39,341 bases of DNA from a virus. How positions within the stretch are numbered: position 1 is the stretch's first letter; each line of letters opens with the position of its first letter. The DNA lies in the IMG/VR virus record IMGVR_UViG_3300027898_000005, positions 1-39,341 of that record; one strand, written 5' to 3'. The notes beneath the pieces are model-generated. The model was not told the DNA's origin, made no database searches, and worked only from the letters and a program-made list of their open reading frames with translations. The translations under genes were made by a program, and so were the position numbers. Below, piece after piece: positions 34,140-39,341 of the stretch.

Positions 34140-34735
34140 AGCGCTCCCCATTGTTCAGCCATCGCCTGCGCGATACCTGGATACGTTTCGCTTCGCTTCG
34201 CCCACCGATTCTCGGAGGGGCCGAGCTTGTTCTGGCCGCTATCGGTCTGGTTAGCCCATCGCGGCTTTCCGTTCACCAAGCGCGGCTCGACGTGTTTCGT
34301 CGGGCGCAACAGCGGCAACCCTTTAAGCCAAAGGCACGTCGCCTTGCTGGCGTCATCCCCGAACTGGTAGGGCTGGATAATCTGATCCGGTTTACGTATC
34401 CGCGTCGAGATGCAGCCGACCGGATTTTCCAAGGCGATGCGCTTGATCGGCGCTTCGAGCAGCATGGAAACAAACACTAAGGCCGCTTCGGTTTTGGCGG
34501 CGCGATCAGGGCGACGGCTATTCCAGTGCAGGCCGGACGACGAAAGATACGTGCAGGGAGGATGGAAGATTGCCACATCCCATTCGTCGTCCAGCCAGCG
34601 CAACACGTCACCCTGCAAGTGATGACGCGAGCCGTCTGCGGCAGGCAACAGATCACACGACCAAGCGTCGTGTCCTGCCGCGCGAAACGCCCGCCGCACC
34701 GTTCCTGAAAATTCGCATCCCACTAAGACGCGCAT
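34136..34735 (-). CDS. Compact DNA cytosine-C5 methyltransferase-like protein
   Basis: MRVLVGCEFSGTVRRAF (degenerate motif I). FHPPCTYLS (motif IV Pro-Cys). IALENPVG (motif VI ENV-like). QPYQFGDDASKATCLWLKGLP (motif VIII region). RSETYPGIAQAMAEQW (motif X-like). 199 aa from ATG 34735 (GGGAG RBS, 1-nt overlap with the upstream stop). Confidence 0.6.
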   Translation of the reverse strand: MRVLVGCEFSGTVRRAFRAAGHDAWSCDLLPAADGSRHHLQGDVLRWLDDEWDVAIFHPPCTYLSSSGLHWNSRRPDRAAKTEAALVFVSMLLEAPIKRIALENPVGCISTRIRKPDQIIQPYQFGDDASKATCLWLKGLPLLRPTKHVEPRLVNGKPRWANQTDSGQNKLGPSENRWAKRSETYPGIAQAMAEQWGAL

Positions 34736-35016
34736 CACACATACTCCCATCCGCCGCTTCGCAAGGCGCGACGCATCGCCGGATAGCGAAACTCAATATC
34801 GCGCAGCTTGAACACCATGCGGGGATGGCCTTCTATCATGTGCGGCTGCGGGAGGGTTAAACCCACGTCCCGATGAAACGCCGACAAGATCACCGCCGCA
34901 TCGCCATGAGAGCCAAGCTCGATCACCGTCGGAGGTGTCAGATTATGCTTGCTGAACGCATTTTGCAGATAGGCCACTGCGGCGTTCAAATCGTTGACTA
35001 AAGATGAGGACGACAT
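34735..35016 (-). CDS. Hypothetical protein
   Basis: AGGAG RBS before ATG 35016, directly downstream of the promoter/operator. 93 aa. Confidence 0.55.
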   Translation of the reverse strand: MSSSSLVNDLNAAVAYLQNAFSKHNLTPPTVIELGSHGDAAVILSAFHRDVGLTLPQPHMIEGHPRMVFKLRDIEFRYPAMRRALRSGGWEYV

Positions 35017-35029
35017 AGGCGAAACTCCT

Positions 35030-35067
35030 GTATAACTTGTTATGCACAAAGTTCCGCCTCACGTCAA
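35030..35067 (-). promoter_or_regulatory. Sigma70-like promoter with overlapping palindromic operator (second copy)
   Basis: On the - strand: TTGACG (35067-35062), 17 nt, CATAAC (35044-35039). GTATAAC-TT-GTTATGC at 35030-35045 has one arm mismatch. It shares a 15-nt core, ATAACAAGTTATACA, with the 30390-30405 site. Confidence 0.5.
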
Positions 35068-35077
35068 TAGCTATCGA

Positions 35078-35098
35078 AACCATTTTTCGTAAATGGTT
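35078..35098 (-). terminator. AT-rich stem-loop upstream of the promoter (possible weak terminator)
   Basis: AACCATTT / AAATGGTT perfect 8-bp stem with a 5-nt loop. Lies in the 149-nt gap after the 35166-35399 gene. On the - strand the downstream sequence is tcgatagc (no U-run). Confidence 0.35.
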
Positions 35099-35165
35099 AG
35101 TCCTATAACAATGGTCAGCATAAGCGCCTGCCCCACGACGCACACCTGCAACAAAGTATCTTGTG

Positions 35166-35399
35166 TCATTGATCGCTCCATGCGGCGGCCAACGCCTGCG
35201 CGCACTGTTTAGTCGTGAAAACACCTATGCTCGGTCTGCCGCCTAGTCCCGTCATGTAATTTGTTCGTCCGTCCGGCCCCGCGACATACCAAAACGGCCA
35301 ATCGGGGGTTTTGTCGGAAGCCGAACGGGCGATATATGGCCCTGGTCTGAGGGGTTTGGTGCTTCGCAGCCACTCGCTATATCCCTGCGCCATCTTCAT
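35166..35399 (-). CDS. Hypothetical early protein
   Basis: AGGAG RBS before ATG 35399. 77 aa. Confidence 0.55.
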   Translation of the reverse strand: MKMAQGYSEWLRSTKPLRPGPYIARSASDKTPDWPFWYVAGPDGRTNYMTGLGGRPSIGVFTTKQCAQALAAAWSDQ

Positions 35400-35408
35400 G
35401 GGTTGCTC

Positions 35409-36047
35409 CTATCGCATTTTCTCACGCAGCGCTGCGATCATCGCAGCTTGCCGATCCAAGGCTTCAACCATCGCCCTATAGCCTTCCGGCTTCAACCGCT
35501 CCGGCGTGCGCCCAACAACCCATGCCTGCACAGTGCTGCGCGGCTCTTTGACCAGTGACGCGATGACGGGATCCGTCGAGCCGGTGGCCGCCTTGAACTC
35601 TGCCACCAGTCCCTGCGGGTAAACCTTCGGCCCCACGGTCGGCGCGGGTTTCGGCTTGGGCGGACGCCCGACGACGGCGACGGGGTTAAAGTCCGGCACC
35701 GGCGCGGCGGGATGCGCCTTTAAGGCGTTCTGGCCTTTCGTCAAAAATGCCGGAGGCGTATAGTCGTCATCGGCTTCCGGCACTTGCGGAATGTCTTGCA
35801 CCGCAGGGTTTTGCTTTTTGACATGCGCCCTCACGCCCTGCGGCTGATACACCGGCGACGGCGACATGGCGGCCACTGTCACCGCTTCCTCTATGGCGTC
35901 GAAGTCCTCCGAGACGTCAAAGCCCGCACGCTCCAGCGCCGAGATGGCTTCCTGGGTTTGCTCGGTTTTTGACATGAGCTTGAACGTCGGATCGTCGCGC
36001 AAACTGGCAACAGCGGTCGCCAGCGCTTCGTTTCGTGGGATAACCAT
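35409..36047 (-). CDS. Hypothetical protein with Pro-rich linker and C-terminal HTH-like segment
   Basis: AGGAG RBS. C-terminal VKEPRSTVQAWVVGRTPERL looks like an HTH. The central Pro-rich region looks disordered. Confidence 0.5.
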   Translation of the reverse strand: MVIPRNEALATAVASLRDDPTFKLMSKTEQTQEAISALERAGFDVSEDFDAIEEAVTVAAMSPSPVYQPQGVRAHVKKQNPAVQDIPQVPEADDDYTPPAFLTKGQNALKAHPAAPVPDFNPVAVVGRPPKPKPAPTVGPKVYPQGLVAEFKAATGSTDPVIASLVKEPRSTVQAWVVGRTPERLKPEGYRAMVEALDRQAAMIAALREKMR

Positions 36048-36068
36048 AACTCGCTACTCCTGTTTTAG

Positions 36069-36467
36069 CTAATCCGCTAATATATGCGCTTCCAGCGCGG
36101 CGCGCAAGCTAAAAAGCTCATTGCGAAGATCCAGCGCTTCGTCATCGGCGGCGCGCAGCTCGGCCTCCAAAAGTTCAACTTTCACTTCATGCGCCTCATT
36201 GAGCTTCTGGATTTCGTCGGCGTGCGCCGCCTCAACCGCGTTAAGCTCGGCCTCCAAAAGTTCAACTTTCACTTCATGCGCCTCATTGAGCTTCTGGATT
36301 TCGTCGGCGTGCGCCGCCTCAACCGCGTTAAGCTCGGCCTCGTAATCCGGCTCCTCCAGAACCGCCACAAATTCATCGCGCAGCACTTGGCCGCAAGTGA
36401 AGTTGATGCGCCCGATGTAGCGCCCCTCGAAACGGATTTCGTCATCGCCCAAGACGTCAATCGTCAT
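36069..36467 (-). CDS. Coiled-coil protein carrying a perfect 29-aa tandem duplication
   Basis: GGGAGA RBS before ATG 36467. ELNAVEAAHADEIQKLNEAHEVKVELLEA occurs twice in tandem. Confidence 0.6.
   Translation of the reverse strand: MTIDVLGDDEIRFEGRYIGRINFTCGQVLRDEFVAVLEEPDYEAELNAVEAAHADEIQKLNEAHEVKVELLEAELNAVEAAHADEIQKLNEAHEVKVELLEAELRAADDEALDLRNELFSLRAALEAHILAD
36157..36341. repeat. Perfect 87-bp tandem repeat, 2.1 copies, in frame
   Basis: 36157-36243 equals 36244-36330 base for base as read. The first 11 nt (agctcggcctc) recur at 36331-36341. Confidence 0.9.
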
Positions 36468-36469
36468 AG

Positions 36470-36595
36470 CTATCTCCCGATGAGCTGCTGCACCAAAAGG
36501 GCCAGCGCCGCCAAGAGGCCAGCTTGCCAAGGCCGCAGAGAATAGACAAGCCGGTTGATACCGGCGCGCTCTAACTGTTTAAGAAAATAGTCCAT
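36470..36595 (-). CDS. Putative 41-aa membrane peptide
   Basis: AGGAG RBS before ATG 36595. Hydrophobic C-terminus AGLLAALALLVQQLI. The longer ORF-track version lacks an RBS and overlaps the upstream ORF. Confidence 0.35.
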   Translation of the reverse strand: MDYFLKQLERAGINRLVYSLRPWQAGLLAALALLVQQLIGR

Positions 36596-36603
36596 TTTGG
36601 CTC

Positions 36604-36750
36604 CTAGCGGTAAAGTTCCTGAAAGCAGACATTGTGCGAGTGGGTTTTGCGGCACTGCTGGAGCGCCTTGTCTTGATCGAGCGCCAACCCTACCAGTGCG
36701 ATCATAATCGCCGTCGCACCGGCGACGCAAAGTAAAACAGCGGCTCTCAT
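36604..36750 (-). CDS. Putative 48-aa membrane or secreted peptide
   Basis: AAGGAG RBS before ATG 36750. N-terminal hydrophobic AAVLLCVAGATAIMIALVGLAL. Two Cys in the tail. Confidence 0.35.
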   Translation of the reverse strand: MRAAVLLCVAGATAIMIALVGLALDQDKALQQCRKTHSHNVCFQELYR

Positions 36751-36774
36751 ATCAGGCTCCTTTGGTGTTTGGAG

Positions 36775-36798
36775 TTGCGGCGCGATTATTCGCCGCAA
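36775..36798 (-). promoter_or_regulatory. Intercistronic stem-loop
   Basis: TTGCGGCG / CGCCGCAA 8-bp stem with an 8-nt loop, in the 58-nt gap upstream of the 36750 start. Same TTG...CAA stem style as the 37676 and 38194 hairpins. Confidence 0.4.
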
Positions 36799-36808
36799 AT
36801 GCCAAGCA

Positions 36809-37093
36809 TCAATAGCCGAGGCAGGCCTTGACGTAGCGCCGGATGCGGCCAAGCTCGAATTTGGAAAGCGCGCCGCCATTTTTATCAGCGCTGTGCATGT
36901 TGAAGGCGACGTTTTGATCCGTTGCGCCTGCCCATCGCCAAGCCAGCGCATACAGGCCGCGAAACACGTAACGGTCTTTTACCCACGCCTGCATGGCTTC
37001 AGCGCTCACCTTGCCGTCGTGCATAGACACGAACCACGGATCACCCTTTGCATCCTCAACGCTTGGCAGGCCTTCGGCGCTCCATTTTTTCAT
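36809..37093 (-). CDS. Hypothetical early protein
   Basis: ATGA coupling with the upstream gene (37090-37093). 94 aa. Confidence 0.5.
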   Translation of the reverse strand: MKKWSAEGLPSVEDAKGDPWFVSMHDGKVSAEAMQAWVKDRYVFRGLYALAWRWAGATDQNVAFNMHSADKNGGALSKFELGRIRRYVKACLGY

Positions 37094-37365
37094 GTATCTG
37101 TCGAGCGCTTTGGTGTCGGGTGCGCCGTCGGCAGCGACACGTCATCGGCCAACCAGGCGTTTGTCCACTCTTGACCTATGAGCTGCTGCACCTCAAAATG
37201 CTCTGGCGTTACCAGCTCAACGCAATCCTCCCCCCCGCAAGCATTGCAATCTGAATTATCCAAAACAGACGTCACACGCCACTGCTGTGCATCTTCCTCC
37301 CATGCGGCCAGCGCGTCTTGTGTGACGTCTGATGATCCGCAATGTTTGCATCTGGCGATCTTCAT
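37090..37365 (-). CDS. Zinc-ribbon-like small protein
   Basis: CKHCGS ... CNACGG, two CxxC pairs about 35 aa apart. ATGA coupling at 37362-37365. Confidence 0.5.
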   Translation of the reverse strand: MKIARCKHCGSSDVTQDALAAWEEDAQQWRVTSVLDNSDCNACGGEDCVELVTPEHFEVQQLIGQEWTNAWLADDVSLPTAHPTPKRSTDT

Positions 37366-37637
37366 GGCTTAAACTCCAATGCTTCTGTTGGATCATAATT
37401 TTCCAGCTCGGCAGGGCACGTCTGGCCCTCAAAGGCGGCGTAAAAAGGGACGCAGCATCCCGCGAAGTCTACGCCCTCTTGGTGCGCTTCTCCACACACG
37501 ACGTTTAGTGTCGATGCAATGCGTGCCGCCAGCATGGTTGTGAAGGTTTCGTGCAATCGAGCGGCACGCATTGCATAATCCGGCGCGATTTTTGCCAGCA
37601 CGTCAAGGCATTCGTCCGTCGTCAAAAGTTTGGTCAT
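37362..37637 (-). CDS. Hypothetical early protein
   Basis: AAGAGG RBS inside the conserved intercistronic element, before ATG 37637. 91 aa. Confidence 0.5.
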   Translation of the reverse strand: MTKLLTTDECLDVLAKIAPDYAMRAARLHETFTTMLAARIASTLNVVCGEAHQEGVDFAGCCVPFYAAFEGQTCPAELENYDPTEALEFKP

Positions 37638-37713
37638 GTGGCACCTCTTTATGGTTGAAGCATTGGCACTTCGGGTTGCTGCACTTTGGCGGTGCAGCAA
37701 TGACGAAACGTCA
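37638..37713 (-). repeat. Conserved intercistronic element, copy A (hairpin 37676-37700)
   Basis: Spans from the upstream TGA to the downstream ATG. 34/38 and 12/14 identities with copy B in the flanks. Stem TTGCTGCAC / GTGCAGCAA differs from copy B but still pairs. Confidence 0.7.
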
Positions 37714-38070
37714 AAAGTATCGCACTTTGAACGGGCGGCGGGTTATCGCGCCGCTCTTGTGCTGCGTGACGCAGGCCAGCGGATCGTCCGGCTCGCATTC
37801 GTCATAGAGCGTCACCCAGGTTTCACGAATGTAATATGCTTGCTTGCCTCTGCACCGCTCATAGGCCTCCCGTTTCTGGAAAACCCATCCGACTTGCACC
37901 GTTCCGGCGCTTTTTGTATCGATATAAACCTTCGACACACAGCGCCCATTTTCACGCTGCAATGAGCGGAACAGCTTCCCTATGTCGTCGGTGAAAGTCG
38001 CATAAGGCTCGCCACTGTCACCAAACCTGTGGCCTTCGGTGGCGTTCACGTATTCTTCTCTTATCAACAT
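37711..38070 (-). CDS. Hypothetical early protein
   Basis: 119-aa ORF. ATG 38070 lies 4 nt after the stop of the preceding mini-ORF. AAGG-type RBS. Confidence 0.55.
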   Translation of the reverse strand: MLIREEYVNATEGHRFGDSGEPYATFTDDIGKLFRSLQRENGRCVSKVYIDTKSAGTVQVGWVFQKREAYERCRGKQAYYIRETWVTLYDECEPDDPLACVTQHKSGAITRRPFKVRYF

Positions 38071-38074
38071 GGCC

Positions 38075-38155
38075 TTAACCCTTCACAAGTTCTACGATAG
38101 CGTCGAGCGCCGCGTTGTCCAGATCGTCGAAGTCGGTATCAATCAGATCAATCAT
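38075..38155 (-). CDS. Candidate 26-aa acidic peptide (MIDLIDTDFDDLDNAALDAIVELVKG)
   Basis: Not in the ORF track (too short). ATG 38155 is preceded by the same AAAGAGGTG RBS block that serves the 37637 start in copy A. Fills the gap to the next gene exactly. Confidence 0.3.
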   Translation of the reverse strand: MIDLIDTDFDDLDNAALDAIVELVKG

Positions 38156-38230
38156 GTTACACCTCTTTATGTTTGAAGCATTGGCGCTTCGGATTGTGGC
38201 GCGGTTAGTCGCCACAAAGTCGAAACGTCA
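38156..38230 (-). repeat. Conserved intercistronic element, copy B (hairpin 38194-38217)
   Basis: Same architecture as copy A. Stem TTGTGGCG / CGCCACAA with an 8-nt loop. Confidence 0.7.
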
Positions 38231-38719
38231 ATCGCATCGGCAGCGGATGGCATAACCTCCATCGCTATCCGGCACGCCGTTGCGGGTGCCATGCGGTTCA
38301 GGTGTTCCGTCCGGCCAAAGGCAGCGCCCCAGCTCGTAACCAATTTGGAAGGGCTTGGAATAGCCGCAACCGCCCATGACAATTTCTCCATCCTTCAAGC
38401 GAAACCCGCAAAGCTCCGCTATTTCGGTCGTTAATTCACGAATGTAGGGGCCGGTTTTGGTCGCTAGCGCCATGAACACGCGGTAGCGGTGCACGGTAAG
38501 ACCAGAGCGGTTAGAGTAGGTGCAAACCGCCGTTAAGGTTGATTTGGGCTTGATGATTTTGAGAAGTTTGGCGCGGCGATAATCTTTCAAAGCCTTTTCG
38601 GCCTGCTTGCCGTTCAGCACTTCAACGCGGCCCTCTGCTTTGGCGCGGTTCCAATGCGCGGCGTCGATATACACCTCGCCACCATCAATGAAGCGAACAA
38701 CCTTTATAGCTTTTGACAT
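38228..38719 (-). CDS. Hypothetical early protein (first gene of the leftward arm)
   Basis: AAGGAG RBS before ATG 38719. 163 aa. Conserved-looking MGGCGYSKPFQIGYELGRCLWP segment. Function unknown. Confidence 0.6.
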   Translation of the reverse strand: MSKAIKVVRFIDGGEVYIDAAHWNRAKAEGRVEVLNGKQAEKALKDYRRAKLLKIIKPKSTLTAVCTYSNRSGLTVHRYRVFMALATKTGPYIRELTTEIAELCGFRLKDGEIVMGGCGYSKPFQIGYELGRCLWPDGTPEPHGTRNGVPDSDGGYAIRCRCD

Positions 38720-38767
38720 TTTATGGCTCCTTTAATCGTCCGGCACAATCGCCGTGTTGACGTATCC

Positions 38768-38795
38768 TTTTTAGCCGTTCAGCTAAGAATGTCAA
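38768..38795 (-). promoter_or_regulatory. Candidate leftward early promoter
   Basis: On the - strand: TTGACA (38795-38790), 16 nt, TAAAAA (38773-38768), about 50 nt upstream of ATG 38719. The -10 is imperfect (lacks the final T). Confidence 0.35.
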
Positions 38796-38874
38796 TCGTT
38801 ATTTTCGCTAAAACCAAATTATTTTTGCGGCGTGCTTATCAAGTATAGCTGCAAGTAACGTATAGACAGCATTT

Positions 38875-38898
38875 CGGCACTCAAGGTGCCGTATTTTT
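38875..38898 (+). terminator. Terminator-like hairpin on the + strand inside the AT-rich island
   Basis: CGGCAC tcaag GTGCCG followed by tattttt. No + strand gene lies upstream of it. Confidence 0.4.
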
Positions 38899-38929
38899 CT
38901 ACTTTGGCTTTACTTTAAGTATTTAACGT

Positions 38930-39214
38930 ATTGGTTAGCGGCTATTCTTTGGATATGTGTTTTTACTATTTGGTTAATCTTTGTGAATACTTAAAACAAG
39001 AAAGCAAACCCTAAAAGGCAGAGCGGTTTGATGAGTTTATATATAACCCCTAAAGGGGTATATATATAACCATCAAAACCTTGCCCATCGCTGCGCCGTT
39101 TAAAATCGCTTTAGAAGCTCGCATAGCGGGCTATAGGTGATTTGGCTATATGGGTAGCGGCTATCAAGCTCTTGCATGGTCATAGCCCCTAGAAACCGAT
39201 TTGGCGAGGTGTTG
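38930..39214. repeat. Iteron-like repeat cluster in the AT-rich non-coding island
   Basis: TAGCGGCTA at 38936-38944 and 39155-39163. ATAGC-GG-GCTAT palindrome at 39123-39134. GATTTGGC at 39139-39146 and 39198-39205 (GATTTGCC at 39281-39288). TATATATAACC at 39038-39048 and 39061-39071, flanking a CCCC-TAAA-GGGG hairpin. TTGGTTA at 38931 and 38970. Confidence 0.6.
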
Positions 39215-39341
39215 AGAGGGCAAGGAAGGGATTAAGGGCCACTAAATCAAAACAGAGCTGAATTGATGCGGTTTATAGCTGATTTGCCGGGTTGAGAGGT
39301 GTAATTGGCGGATTGGCGTTCATGGGCCAAAAATGTGCACC
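39215..39341. repeat. Terminal direct repeat, right copy (identical to 1-127)
   Basis: Same 127-nt string as 1-127. Either a true DTR or circular-assembly overlap. Confidence 0.95.

Larger units (their letters stand above)
1..39341. mobile_element. Complete or near-complete tailed-phage genome (podovirus-like, T7-type virion module, no phage RNAP seen)
   Basis: Contiguous terminase, portal, scaffold, capsid, tail tubular A/B, internal virion proteins, tail fibre and lysis cassette on +. DNA polymerase, PrimPol-helicase, SNF2, nucleases and early ORFans on -. No host housekeeping genes. Identical 127-bp ends. Confidence 0.85.

Noticed and set aside
36157-36341. Tandem repeat considered as a CRISPR-like or satellite array.
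   Set aside because: There are only 2.1 copies, they are directly adjacent with no spacers, and they are in frame within a coding sequence. It is an intragenic duplication.
37373-37382. CCAATGCTTC on the + strand, the reverse orientation of the 10-mer found in the conserved intercistronic elements.
   Set aside because: It is a single 10-mer inside coding sequence, in the opposite orientation, without the flanking conserved blocks or hairpin. It is most likely chance.
37641-37713. TTGACG at the start of the conserved intercistronic element considered as a -35 box.
   Set aside because: Seventeen nt downstream lies CGCCAA (copy A), inside the hairpin loop and stem, with no TATAAT-like hexamer in either copy. 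The TGA inside TTGACG is the upstream stop codon, so a promoter reading is unsupported.
22989-38719. Lysogeny module (integrase, CI/Cro switch, excisionase) on the leftward arm.
   Set aside because: No tyrosine or serine recombinase motifs were seen, and no ORF of suitable size is left unassigned. The HTH/wHTH proteins present are small and not arranged as a divergent repressor pair. The genome looks lytic, though this is not proven.
38720-39214. tRNA or other structured RNA gene in the AT-rich island.
   Set aside because: I could not trace a cloverleaf (no acceptor or T-arm pairing with a GTTC-type loop) by eye. Only short hairpins and direct repeats are present. A tRNAscan-SE or Infernal run would be needed to be certain.

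Overview
The window reads as one complete or near-complete tailed-phage genome, podovirus-like with a T7-type virion gene order. The first 127 bp (1-127) are identical to the last 127 bp (39215-39341), so the unique length is about 39.2 kb. Coding sequence is visibly GC-rich (GC not computed). An AT-rich, repeat-dense non-coding island (about 38720-39214, continuing into 1-603) separates two divergent arms. The rightward arm (604-23035, + strand) runs small and large terminase, portal, scaffold, major capsid, tail tubular A and B-like proteins, internal virion (ejection) proteins including a lytic-transglycosylase protein and a 1361-aa giant, a tail fibre with collagen-like repeats and a C-terminal SGNH esterase, then a lysis cassette (GH108-like endolysin, holin, overlapped i- and o-spanin). 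The leftward arm (38719 down to 22989, - strand) runs about 12 small early ORFans, then a replication and DNA-metabolism module: compact C5-methyltransferase-like protein, RuvC-like resolvase, MazZ-type dATP/dGTP diphosphohydrolase-like protein, SNF2 helicase, DUF2800 PD-(D/E)XK nuclease, DUF2815 SSB-like protein, family A DNA polymerase and PrimPol-helicase. I recognised no phage RNA polymerase, integrase, tRNA, CRISPR array or reverse transcriptase. The most interesting signals are non-genic or architectural. They are a ~75-nt intercistronic element present twice with a covarying hairpin, a 16-bp palindrome overlapping the -10 of two leftward promoters, and a perfect 87-bp in-frame tandem duplication. 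On the protein side they are a GNAT-like ORF in the virion module, an endolysin with a C-terminal membrane anchor, and a nucleotide/DNA-modification gene pair. All functional calls come from motif recognition by eye, with no database search.
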